DNA from: Octopus bimaculoides
Lineage: Eukaryota
DNA: 36,432 bases
Assembly: GCF_001194135.2 (NCBI RefSeq)
Contig: NC_068987.1
Span: forward strand, 53,966,485 to 54,002,916
Direction of reading: 5' to 3'
Below, piece by piece: positions 22,854-34,547 of this stretch. Both the position numbers and the translations under genes were made by a program. The first letter of the stretch is position 1. Each line of letters opens with the position of its first letter. The notes under the pieces are model-generated. The model saw nothing but the letters and a program-made list of their open reading frames with translations. It ran no database searches and had not been told where the DNA came from.

Positions 22854-23080
22854 AAGGTGGTGATCTGGCAGAACCGTTAGCACACCAAACGAAATGCTTA
22901 GCGGCATTTCATCCGTCTTTACTTTCTGTATTCAAATTCCACCGAGGTTAACTTTGCCTTTCAGTATATATCGCAGCGGGTCGATAAAATAAGTACCAGT
23001 TGAGCACTGGTGTCGATTTAATCGACTTACCCACTCCACAGAAAATGCTAACCTTGTACCAAAATGTGAAACCAATATTA
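22854..23080 (+). mobile_element. Full-length tRNA-derived SINE (GAGCTGGCAGAA family)
   Basis: GGTGGTGATCTGGCAGAACCGTTAGCAC...TTCAAATTCCACCGAGG...GGTCGATAAAATAAGTACCAGTTGAGCACTGG. Confidence 0.85.
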
Positions 23081-24814
23081 CACAGCCTCACTATAGGTGA
23101 ATTAAAAATTTCTACACGTTCATTCTATTGCATTCATATGCAGTAAAAAGAAAAGAAGAGGGTGCTTACTGATGGACCGTTCCATAGTTTGTTGACTTCT
23201 TCCTAGAGAAGACACATCATTTCCTTTCCCAACCAATAGCATAAATAAGATGCTATATAAAACAGTCATAAAGCGCTGTGGCTGATAGCTTAATTTGCAT
23301 ATTTGGCTTTTGACGGCTCGTTTTTAGTTAAATAATATCTATTTTATACACAACATAGCGTAAATTAAAAGAACTAAAATACAAATAAATATTGCAAAGC
23401 CTCAATTGGTAAATTAAGGGTTTAAATACATTCGTTTTATGCTTTTGAAATATAGTGGGGGGAAAGTCTCTTGACCGAACTTTTGCTTGTTTGTTGACTG
23501 CTCCTCAGAGAAGGTGTACTCGGGTTCCTTCTTTAACCAGTAACATTGATTAATTACTATATAAATCAGTAGTAAATTAGATTAGAACATTAATGGCCTG
23601 CTTAATTTGCATGGTTTGTGCTTTTGACAGCTCGTCCTTAATTAGACAATCTCTATTCTATACATGATAAAGCGCAAATGAAATTATTGAAATATACTTG
23701 AATGTTACAAAGTTTCACAGTTATTGAAATGAGAATGTGAACACATTCTTTCTTTATACTTTATTTTACAAATAAAGAAAACTTTTGTTTTACAAAGCCT
23801 CATTGTGAGCGAAATACATGCATCAGACGGTAATACAGAATTGGAGTAGTATCAAGTACATGGCTGAAGCTGCATCAGGCAGCAACACAAAATTAAGATG
23901 GCATCACGTTGTAAATAAACCACTGAAATATATCAGGCAGTAATACTCCACTGAAGCGACTTTTGACAGTAAAGCATGATACACTCTGGAAGCGATGAAC
24001 ACATTAAATACTGCATCTAATACGTACGGTTTTTTTTTCTCTCAAAGAATATTAGCTCAGTTCATTGTTGATTGTGACTGATCAACAATATATAAACCTT
24101 AGAATTCGAATCAATTACAGTTGAGAATAGCTGAAAATTATTGGTTGTCAACCGAATCAAGCGTATCAATTGGCCTAAAATAATCAGAGTTCCGCCAAAG
24201 CATATTCAGCGGAGAGAGACTGTCTTGGCAACAATTTCCTGAAGTCCGTATAGGTTTGTACAGCACCGACGAAAGCAACACGTAGAAACGTCAACCTCTT
24301 AACTAACACCAAGTCAGAATCTTTAATTCTACATCACCAAAGCTATCGACTGAAGTTATCGAGCTACCCTTCGTCTCCTTAGCCGCCTTTCTTCTCAAGA
24401 ATTATCGTTCATGAACTTTCTGCAGCCAATTGAAATAAACGTAACTAAAATATGCCTAAATAGATGTCGGTGGGGAGGGGGCATTGTATACTGTACCGGT
24501 GTTATACAGAAATTTACATTTTTGTTGTTGTTACTGCCGTTGTCGCCATATAAATTGTCGCCTCAGAGATATATCTTGTGTTCCTCTGAGATGAAATTTG
24601 CACGCAGTCTAAAAACAAAACAAACAAAATCACGAAACTCTAATTTTCGTTGTATAATTACAATATATTAACTTACGGCGCTTTAAATGGACACCCTTTC
24701 AGATCGGAAGTTGATTAAATGGATATAATTAAAATTAGAAATAAATTCTCGGAATCAGTAATAGTAGAAGCTAGTGAATCAAAATTCTTAAATAACTAAA
24801 TCAGATCTCTGAAG

Positions 24815-24826
24815 GTAATGATAATG

Positions 24827-24890
<64 letters not shown>

Positions 24891-25050
24891 TGATGATGAC
24901 GATGATGATGATGATGTTGATGATGATGATGATAGTAATAATAATAATGACGATAACGATGACGATGACGATGATGATGATGATGATGACGATGATGATG
25001 ATGATGATGGCGGCGACGGCGGCGACGAAGACGATGACGACAACGGTGAT
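24815..25050. repeat. Compound (AAT)n/(GAT)n/(GAC)n trinucleotide repeat
   Basis: Visible. Confidence 0.95.
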
Positions 25051-25074
25051 GATAAATTGATGACGACTTTTAGG

Positions 25075-25360
25075 AGCTATGAAATTACATCCTGGTGGCT
25101 GATAAAATTCGTCACGCGAAAGGAAAGTAAAGAAGCAGAAAAGTTGACAAATTTGAATGAAGTGAAGTGTAAAATCATTAAGGTGTGGAATACGAAGAAC
25201 GTAACTATCATACAAATATCCGTTAAGGACAGTAAAGGACAACATTGCAATATGGATAGAAAAGATCAGAACAGAGTGTGATAAATAGTTGTGGCCAAGA
25301 TTTACAGCTATTGCTTTTTGGGGAACAGCAAAATATAACAAATGATACTCGTTGACGAGA
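25075..25360 (+). mobile_element. Decayed R4/Dong-like RLE C-terminal fragment
   Basis: VTRKESKEAEKLTNLNEVKCKIIKVWNTKNVTIIQI and a downstream LQ..LLGTA-like remnant. Confidence 0.6.
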
Positions 25361-25409
25361 TTGACTAAGAGGAATGGTATTGGCAAAGAGGAGCCTGCTT
25401 CATACCAAA

Positions 25410-25533
25410 TGCTACGAAAGAATGAAAGGCAAAGTTGATCTCGGTGGCATTGGAACTCAGAACAGAAAGGTGGATGAAATGTCGTTAAGCATTTTATCCG
25501 GCGTGCTAAAGATTCTGCCAGCTCGCCACCTTA
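25410..25533 (-). mobile_element. tRNA-derived SINE 5' part (GAGCTGGCAGAA family)
   Basis: Reverse complement AAGGTGGCGAGCTGGCAGAATCTTTAGCACGCCGGATAAAATGCTTAACGAC. Confidence 0.85.
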
Positions 25534-25551
25534 ACAACAACAACAATATTA

Positions 25552-25611
<60 letters not shown>

Positions 25612-25613
25612 TT

Positions 25614-25838
25614 AAAAAAATATTCAGACAAATACATAACAAAAACACCAGGACTTACAAATATATATAACATACAGAAAATTGCACTACTGGGTACTGC
25701 ACACATTCTACGCAAAACACTTTCAATACAGTAAACATAAGAGCACCACAGCAAACCACAGCACATACGCAAGGCGCACAGAGCTGCGCTCGGTAGTGAA
25801 GTGAAAGCACGTTATAAAAATAAAACTACTGAATAATG

Positions 25839-25900
<62 letters not shown>
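25614..25900 (+). mobile_element. Strongly 5'-truncated R4/Dong-like LINE 3' end between two (AAT)n tracts
   Basis: KYITKTPGLTNIYNIQKIALLGTAHILRKTLSIQ*, then a short 3' UTR; (AAT)n at about 25553-25603 and 25832-25900. Confidence 0.85.
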
Positions 25901-25901
<1 letters not shown>

Positions 25902-26415
25902 GATGCAGTACCAGTCAGTGGCTCAGGTGGTTTCTGATCTTAACTGATTGGAAGTGATATCATGTACATTGTTTTCTTTTGGTATAAAAGGTGGGCTACA
26001 GAAAATATTCTGCTCAATAACACAGATTTGCCTGTCAGTTGTTTAACCTTAAGCAAATGAGCATGTCTCTTGGTGGCTGACGATATGTGCATCTCTGATC
26101 ATGAGCAGAAGTAGTGGGGGAGCATCGTAGCCATATGCTGAGAGGAATTCTTTGGGATTTGGATAATTCAACTTTGGAAACATTGATCTTCGTTCAACAT
26201 CCTTAAACAAACCTTATTCAGGGACCTTTTGAGCGGGATGAGCTACTCGCAATTTATCTTGATATGAGATCACCTTGTCGCGCACACATGGTCATGATGC
26301 ATGTGCCTGGTATACCCTTATCAGACGGGTAGTTATGATGGGCATACTGGGCTTCGTATATTTTACCCCAGTGTCACTTTGATGGCATGCGTTGCCCTCT
26401 CACTCAATAATAATA
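25901..26415. mobile_element. Unclassified ~510-bp interspersed repeat-like block bounded by (AAT)n
   Basis: Higher-complexity block with AAT runs at both ends and no ORF; family identity not established. Confidence 0.4.
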
Positions 26416-26419
26416 AATT

Positions 26420-27607
26420 AGATACCAACACTACCTTCAAGGAGCTTGACCCACAAGAAGCTATAAATACCTGAGAATAAACGATGGTATACAACATGAA
26501 TAAACGAAGGAGTTGATATACAACAAGAATAAACAAAGGAGATGGTATACAACATGAAGGAAAAAATAAGAAAGAAGTATTACAGGTGAGTAAGACCTGA
26601 AACCACTGCCACTAAACAAGCAAAAGGGATCAAGCAGACTGCAAATAAGAACGGGTAGAGACAAATCGAGGAGCGGTGGAATCAGAAGCCTCTGCATGGA
26701 CAGTATATACTTCGAAGCCGAAGCTGATGTACACCAAGCAACAACCCATCAGTGGCTGAGAAGCTCGGGACTGAAAGCAGAGACTGAAGGTTTCATATTA
26801 GCTGCACAAGACCAACGCTTGCTTGCTAAAAGCTACCAGGTTAACGTTCTTCAAAACGGTTCTGATCCTAAATGCAGATTCTGCGATACATTTGACGAAA
26901 CAATAGACCATCTCGTCTTGGGATATCCTGTGCTGACACCAAACGAATACAAAAATCGCCACGATAGGGTAGGACAGTATTTATATTGGAAAATATATAA
27001 ACACTACAAAATCAGCACCCCTGCTTTATGAACATCACTCCAAGCCAGTCGTTGCAGGTAAAAATGTCACTATCCTCTGGGATTTTCCTGTCAACACTGA
27101 CAGAACGATCCAAGCTAATCGATCAAACATAATCACTAAATACGGGGAAGAAAATACTTGTAAACTAATAGATGTAAGTGTTCCCACTAATAAAAATATA
27201 TCTGTAAAGGAATTTGACAAATTAAGCAAATATAAGTACCTGGAAATTGAAATACAAAAGATGTGACATATAAAGCGAAAACTGTTCCTGTTATTGTGGG
27301 TGCCCAAGGTATGGTAAGAAAGGGATCTCAAAAACATCTAGATAAGATCCCAGGGAAGCCTTGTCTCAGACAAATCCAAAAGATTGTACTTACAAGTACT
27401 GCCCACATCCTCTGAAAAACCCTATCAGTTTAAGAGGGTGTTGTTTTACACGAAGATATTTCGCTACTGCCCCTGAAAATTACCCTCCGCAAGCTTTCAG
27501 TCATACTATAACGTCTTTTATCTTTCACTCGCCCGGGGACGTTGGGTGTGTCTCGGTGAGAGATTGTAACAAACATGCAGATTAAAAGTAAGTAAGTAAT
27601 AAAAAAA

Positions 27608-27672
<65 letters not shown>
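26420..27672 (+). mobile_element. 5'-truncated R4/Dong-like LINE (CCHC knuckle, RLE, 3' UTR, (AAT)n tail)
   Basis: WNQKPLHGQY, WLRSSGLKAETEGFILAAQDQ, CRFC..ETIDHLVLGY, RHDRV, ILWDFPVNTDRTIQANRSNI, IDVSVP..KEFDKLSKYKYLEIEIQKM, IQKIVLTSTAHIL; stops and frameshifts. Confidence 0.9.
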
Positions 27673-27673
<1 letters not shown>

Positions 27674-27674
<1 letters not shown>

Positions 27675-27725
27675 GAGCGCCAGCCTTGACAGCGGTTGGA
27701 CGTGTTCTTCGCTGCTCTGACCAGT
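27674..27725 (+). repeat. 52-bp sequence identical to 28811-28862 (probable LINE 5' terminus)
   Basis: AGAGCGCCAGCCTTGACAGCGGTTGGACGTGTTCTTCGCTGCTCTGACCAGT, both copies directly after long (AAT)n. Confidence 0.9.
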
Positions 27726-27879
27726 TAGCTGCTGAAGATACCGAAACACTAATGGAACCCAGCAGGACAACTGAAAAATAACTCTCAAAGACTGGAATAT
27801 CTACAATATATTTGAGTATTTTAAATTACCCTCAAAATAAGTTAAGAAACTTACATATCTTCAGTTTTCGAAAATACAA

Positions 27880-28230
27880 ACGATCAGCTTTAAAAACTTT
27901 AATATCTACAACTTCTGCAAATACCTATCCCTTCCTTTCTCCTTGAGTATTCGAAAATGTAAGCATCGTCTTTATTCTAAGAACACTACAGTTTTCTCTG
28001 CTTGGACATATAAAGGATCATCTTTAGTAAATTTTAAAACTTTGATATCTACAACTTTCTGTGAAAATTTTACCCTCCTTTCCTTTCCTTTCCTTTCTCC
28101 CTGACTATTCAAAAATGTAGACATCTTTTTTATTGCAAAAACGCTACAGTCTCCTCTGATCGGACATACAAACGAACATCTCTAGAAAATCTAAAATCTT
28201 TAATATCTACAATTTTGTGTGAAAATTTTA
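27880..28230. repeat. Diverged ~150-bp AT-rich minisatellite (2-3 units)
   Basis: ATATCTACAA anchors at 27902, 28045, 28203 with shared flanking motifs. Confidence 0.7.
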
Positions 28231-28744
28231 AATGCTCGATAAAAAAAAAATAATAATAAGGTAAGCATCTGCCAATATATACAAAGTACACAATTGCAAA
28301 AACTGTAAACCACAGCAAAACTTATAAGAAGAAAAGAAAAATTTCTTTTTAATTCAGAAATTCAAAATTTCAACGATGTGAACATCACTATATATATATA
28401 TATATTATCAGTAATTAAAAAAGAACAAGGTGAACTGGTTCTTTTCAACACCAAGGTCAGCGCTCACACTGATCGCTAGTAGTAATAAACGCATTTGACC
28501 TCAGCTGACCCCAAGGGTGTGAGGCCACTTTTGTCTCCTTATCGCACATGAATGCCCATTGCTGATCTCTTCACCATCTGCCGAATGTATTTACAGACCT
28601 GTAGAATTTACAGACCTGTAGTAGGAAGCTGCTTCTCTTCCTCCTACTATTTCCTTCAGCCCTCACATATTTATGCTTATCTCAAGTATAAGACTAAAGT
28701 TGAAACTAAATAACATTTAATAATACCTTTCAATAATAAATGAA

Positions 28745-28811
<67 letters not shown>

Positions 28812-30009
28812 GAGCGCCAGCCTTGACAGCGGTTGGACGTGTTCTTCGCTGCTCTGACCAGTCAGAGAGACTACACCGGGGACGGAGAGACTACACCGGG
28901 GACGTTTAACATGTGAGAACGATAAATCACTGCTCCGAAATTTATCCAAAAACATCGGAAATAAAGACATCGCATGGAGCCAAAAAAATAGCTGACAAAG
29001 GGTTGGACTATATCCGAGTAAGTAATACTCCTTGAAATTTATTTCTATTTTTCCAAATATAATGATGTATTTTAACTTGATACCTCCACTACCTGCACAG
29101 CGATCGTAAACACACTTGTTACATCAACACCAGACCATCTCCGAACCCAAACACCATGTACAAAAAAATTACAGATTAAATAATACCGNNNNNNNNNNNN
29201 NNNNNNNNNNNNNNNNNNNNNNNNNNNNNNNNNNNNNNNNNNNNNNNNNNNNNNNNNNNNNNNNNNNNNNNNNNNNNNNNNNNNNNNNNNNNNNNNNNNN
29301 NNNNNNNNNNNNNNNNNNNNNNNNNNNNNNNNNNNNNNNNNNNNNNNNNNNNNNNNNNNNNNNNNNNNNNNNNNNNNNNNNNNNNNNNNNNNNNNNNNNN
29401 NNNNNNNNNNNNNNNNNNNNNNNNNNNNNNNNNNNNNNNNNNNNNNNNNNNNNNNNNNNNNNNNNNNNNNNNNNNNNNNNNNNNNNNNNNNNNNNNNNNN
29501 NNNNNNNNNNNNNNNNNNNNNNNNNNNNNNNNNNNNNNNNNNNNNNNNNNNNNNNNNNNNNNNNNNNNNNNNNNNNNNNNNNNNNNNNNNNNNNNNNNNN
29601 NNNNNNNNNNNNNNNNNNNNNNNNNNNNNNNNNNNNNNNNNNNGTAAACAAAAAACAACAAACCCAGACCGTAGACATGTAAAATAATGTACAAAAAGCA
29701 CCAATCCAGAACACCACAGACAAACATATGAATGAAAAGGAATGCAAAACAAATCTAAAGCCTGGGAATAACGAAGGGAAACCTAATAATTACGATACTA
29801 TGAAAATGAGAATAACCAAAGAACTGAAAACCACAGATCTTAGAATGGACCACAGATTATATCTCCCAAAAATCAAAAATAGACAATAAAACAGCATCAA
29901 TAATAAATAGCATAAACCTGGCCGTCAAGGAACTAACAACCACAGAAACAACTGGCAATATCACAGTGTTCCCCACACGTGGATTCTCGAAACAATAGCC
30001 ATAAACAAG

Positions 30010-30950
30010 GTGGCACCAATTACTATAAAATATATAAAACACTCAATGAACAAATGGCAGACAGTGCTACAGCTCCAAACAAAAGAGGAACTTGTGAAAA
30101 CGAAAGCCATCCCTATTAGAAGAGAAATATTCCAGGGAGACACGCTCTCTCCAATCCTGTTCTGCTTGGCACTCACACCTTTAACTGAATTGCTAAATAG
30201 AACTGGATGCGGATACAAATGTTACGGCAAAACAGTCAGCCACCTTCTATATATGGATGACCTAAAATTATACGCTAGAAATGACAAAGAGCTCGAAACA
30301 CTACTACAGACAGTACATGGCTTTACCAAGGAAATAGATATGAAATTCGGATTAGAAAAATGTACCAAAGCAACCCTGAAAAGAGGAAAATTAGTTAAAA
30401 GTAGCAACATCACACTAATTAAGCCAATGGAATAAGAGAACTAGACGAAAGCCAGCCATACAAATATTTAGGAGTCAATGAACTAGATAGGATACAACAA
30501 ACACAAATGAAAGAAAAAATAAAGAAAGAGTACTATAGACGAGTTAGATCACTACTAAAAACAGAGCTCAATGCTAAAAACAAGATAATAGGTATTAACA
30601 CTTTAGCTGTCCCAGTTATAAGTTACTGCTACAATATCCTTAACTGGACACTAAAAGAACTATCTAAAATAGACAGAAAAACAAGAAAAATAATGACAGG
30701 CTATAGGATGCACATCCCAAAAGCTGACATAGAAAGGCTATATATACAACGCACAGAAGGTGGCAGGGGTTTTATACAGCTGGAAAACTATTATAAAATA
30801 ACCACCATAGGACTGCAAAAATACCTACTCCAGAAGCAAGGAAAACTAATACAAATAGCCACAAAGCACGAGCAAAACAAAAAAACTATTTTCAGTATTT
30901 AAGGAAGCTGACAAATACAAACAAGAAATCATACTGCCTAACAAATACGA
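30010..30950 (+). pseudogene. Non-LTR retrotransposon reverse transcriptase (frameshifted)
   Basis: ORFs 30010-30435 and 30507-30902 carry QGD-LSP and YMDD motifs. Confidence 0.9.
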
Positions 30951-30981
30951 AGAAGAAGGAGAAGGAGAAGGAGGAGGAGGA

Positions 30982-31170
30982 GAAGAAGAAGAAGAAGAAG
31001 AAGAAGAAGAAGAAGAAGAAGAAGAAGAAGAAGAAGAAGAAGAAGAAGAAGAAGAAGAAGAAGAAGAAGAAGAAGAAGAAGAAGAAGAAGAAGAAGAAGA
31101 AGAAGAAGAAGAAGAAGAAGAAGAAGAAGAAGAAGAAGAAGAAGAAGAAGAAGAAGAAGAAGAAGAAGAA
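30982..31170 (+). repeat. Pure (GAA)63 tract
   Basis: 189 bp uninterrupted, preceded by mixed GAA/GGA units from 30949. Confidence 0.95.
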
Positions 31171-31256
31171 TTCAGCCATGTCGGAACAAGAAACATTAAC
31201 AACTAATAGTAAAAAATGAAAAGAATAATATCAGTGACGATAGTAATAATAATGAA

Positions 31257-31352
31257 AGGAAGCGGTTGGAATTTCCCCATGTCCTGACTGATGATACATC
31301 TAGTGATGGTGTCACAATAAAAAGACTGGTAATTGCGCAACCTGATAATCGC
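31257..31352 (+). ncRNA. Candidate degenerate HDV-like ribozyme at LINE 5' end
   Basis: Hand-found P2 GCGGTTG/TAATCGC, CNRA (CTGA 31342-31345), P1 AGGA/TCCT, P1.1 TC/GA, P4-like hairpin 31292-31314; P3 is mismatched. Confidence 0.5.
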
Positions 31353-34300
31353 TACCTCATATGAGTGACAATGAAAAATCAAAATATTGTGAATAACGGT
31401 GGTAATGAAACTAAAGCCCCTGATGGTGACAGCGTTGCTTCCGGCAAACCCAGAGATACTGGTCCGACATCAGCCTGTCGTTATCCAGCAAAGGACCAGC
31501 ACACACAACGTAGCAGGAACAAACAAGTCAATGCTCTGGTCTTGGTGTGTTACTACCTGAGCAACCCGGTAGATGAAAAAGTATTCATATTAGGGGATAC
31601 CGACACCGTATGTACGATTAATGGAGAGAAAGAGCATTGTTCAACTCACGGAACAGAGATTATGTGATCAAGCTAGAGCTCCAAGCTATCAAAAGACTGG
31701 TACTCGAAGACAGCAGCAGAGGAAACGATAAAAATACAGTTCCAACTGATAAAAGTAATCTCATGGCAGATAACAGAGGTGAAACCTCTAATAAACCACA
31801 GGAAAGGAACAGTGATAGCTTGCTCGATGAGAGACATGTAGATGGTTTTGAAGAAGACAATAAAATTAATGGTGACATGACAGATGTGCAAAAACCTATC
31901 TACGACAGAATAAAGGCAAGGCTACATGAGAACGATAGTGACATTATATTCAATCTTACAAAGGTTGATCGGTGGAAATTGAACCAAGAAACGATAAATG
32001 CGGATGAAATTCTGAAATACATCAAATCAAAAAACATCACAGAAACAAATAATTTGATCAAGACTTCAAGTATTGTTGTAGCAGAAAACGTGTGAGTGTT
32101 GATGTCAAGAAAAACAAATATAATGGGAGTCACAAAAGAAAAGGTCCATGGTGGAAAAGAAGAATACAAGCAGGGTTACGTATGCTCTCGAAGGACATTT
32201 CTGTGTAAGACCGAAAAGAGAAGAGAAGCTCAAAAGAGAACAAAAATTCAGGACAATGAACAGGAAGTATGATATTGAAAGGACCTGAAAGTGGTAATGA
32301 AACTGAAGTAAAGATGGTAAGGTACGACCAAAGAATAAAGGGATACCAGTAGAATAGGTTATTCAGAGCAGATCAGAAGAAATTCTACAAAGAAATAAAT
32401 GGAGAGTGCAGATGAAAAGTTGATACCAGATAACATTCAGAGTCAAAGGTTTTGGAGTTACGTCTGGAGCAAAGACAAGGAGTACAAGAAGGATGCTGAA
32501 TGACTGCAAGAACTGAAACAAACAGAAGTCTGTCCACAACAGTCAGAACTACTCATTTCAGTTAGGGAAGTGAAGGAAATCAGCAAAAAATGGGCAAATG
32601 GAAGGCCCCGGGTCCAGATGGAGTTCAAGGCTACTGGATGAAAACATTTGGTGAATGTCATGCACAAATAGCTGCACAACTCAATCTTGTTAAATGCCAA
32701 CCAAGTAACACCAGAGTGGTTGACAATGGGTAGGACAGTACTGTGCTTGAAAAACATAAAAAAAGGCAATACGGTATACAATTACAAGCCGATATCCTGT
32801 TGGTCACTTATGTGGAAATTATTGACTGGAATAGTCGCAGAGTCAATGTACGGAGACCTGGAAAAACATGGAGTCCTGCCACATGAGCAGAAGGGGTGCA
32901 AGCGTAAGTGCAGAGGTACCAAGGATCAACTCCTGGTAGACAAAACTGTACTTATAGACTGCAAGAGGAGGAAAAGTAACTTAGCCATGTCATGGATCGA
33001 TTATCATAAGGCATACGATATGATCCCACATTATGGAATGTATGAACCTATTTGGTATTGCATTGAATGTTGAGCGATTGATTGGAAAAAGGATGGCGCA
33101 GTGGAGGGCGGAACTGACAGCATATAGAAGTTTAGGGACAATAGAAATCAGGAGAGGCATCTTCCAAGGGGACTGCCTGTCCCCACTGATCTTTGTACTG
33201 TACATGATACCACTAACACTGATTCTGAGGAAAGCAAAGGCCAATATGTATTCAAGAACCGCCAGCAAAAAGTCAATCACTTGTTATTCATGGATGACCT
33301 CAAACTTTATGGTAAGGATGAAGCCCAAGTCAGATCCCTTGTTAATACGGAGTATACTTTCAGTGCTGATATCAGAATGGAATTCGGACTGAGAAAGTGT
33401 GATGTGTTAATCTTGAAGGGAGGCAAAAATCAAATGTATGAACGGGCTAGCGATACCGTCGGGGAAGGTTATGAAGCAGATAGAAGAGACGGGCTATAAG
33501 TACTCGGAGATATTGGAAATAGATAAATTCATGGAGAAAGAAATGACAGAAAAATTTAAGGTGGAATACTTGCGCAGACTGAGACTGAACCTTAAGTCGA
33601 AATTAAAAGAAGACGGAATAAGATTGAAGCTATGGACAGTAGACGAACTAAACAGCTTAGAAAGAAAGGCATGGAAGTTGCTAACTAGATATGGGATACT
33701 CTACCCAAAAAGTAACACAGACAAACTGTATATACCAAGAAAAAGAGAGGGAAGAGGATTGATTGGATGCTAACACAGCATTAGAGCAGAGGGAAGCAAC
33801 ATAGAATGGTATGTAAAAAATGCCACAGAACTGCTATTAATGGAAGCAAGGTCAGGTTTGTTTAGGATGGAAGATTGCAAAGATAAAGCACTGTACAAGC
33901 ACTTGAGAATGAATGAAACTGAAAATAGGTGGATAAAGAAAAGAATGCATGGACAATTTCATTGAAGATAAGACAGACAGAGAGAAAAGATGGCAATGGA
34001 TTTAAAACCGGAAACGGAGGCTCTAATCTGTGCTGCCTAAGAGCAAATACGGAATAGACACCGCATCAGAAAGCGATAAGTGCAGAATTCGTGGGAAAAT
34101 GGTGAAACCGTATGGTATATTACCAGTCAATGTACGCCACTAGCCCAGAAAGAATATAACAGACGTCATGACAATATAGCAAGCATTGTCCTTTGGACAC
34201 TTCACAACAAATATGAACTTACAGTTCTATATTTAAGAGATGAGGAATTATGTACATTATTTATATTCGACGGATATTTGTCCTCATCTTGTTTGTTGTT

Positions 34301-34346
34301 AACACAACGTTTCGGCTGATATACCCTCCAGCCTTCTTCAGGTGTC
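34301..34346 (-). ncRNA. Minimal type I hammerhead ribozyme motif (minus copy)
   Basis: Exact reverse complement of the plus copy at 34548-34593. Confidence 0.8.
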
Positions 34347-34388
34347 TTGGGAAGATTTCGAACCTGGGTTCTCATTCCTAACCACTAC

Positions 34389-34450
34389 GTGGTTAAGATC
34401 GCGGGCTACTAACCCCAAGATTCCGAGTTCGATTTCAAGCAGTGACCTGA
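34389..34450 (+). mobile_element. tRNA-like SINE head (5'-clipped A box, B box)
   Basis: GTGGTTAAG...GAGTTCGATTTC with T-arm-like spacing, followed by (AAT)n at 34452-34498. Confidence 0.7.
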
Positions 34451-34451
34451 C

Positions 34452-34500
<49 letters not shown>

Positions 34501-34547
34501 TCGAAAAATACCTTAGGAATGAGAATCCAGGTTCGAAATTTCCCCAA

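Larger units (their letters stand above)
28811..31205 (+). mobile_element. R4/Dong-like LINE, family A: 5' end, gap, internal deletion, RT domain; 3'-truncated
   Basis: RREIFQGDTLSPILFCLAL, VSHLLYMDDLKLYA, MKFGLEKC, YKYLG, LYIQRTEGGRGF; starts directly after (AAT)n; 20-bp tandem duplication at 28865-28904. Confidence 0.85.

Noticed and set aside
24490-24712. Tc1-like MITE
   Set aside because: Right end resembles a GGGTGTCC TIR but the left end is too divergent and no TA TSD pair is clear
24796-25386. Poly-Ile/Met/Ser/Asp ORFs
   Set aside because: Trinucleotide repeat translations
27732-27746. CTGAAGA-TACC-GAAA hammerhead-like core
   Set aside because: Four bases cannot form stem II, and no stem I or UH pairing was found
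28430-28680. Possible GIY-YIG remnant on the minus strand
   Set aside because: Only a vague SA...H pattern with stops; not enough to call
27674-28862. CRISPR-like or LTR repeats
   Set aside because: Only two copies 1137 bp apart, eukaryotic context, no TG..CA termini or PBS/PPT; better explained as LINE 5' ends
31288-31320. CTGATGA plus hairpin as a hammerhead
   Set aside because: No GAAA after the hairpin; fits better as P4 of the HDV-like candidate
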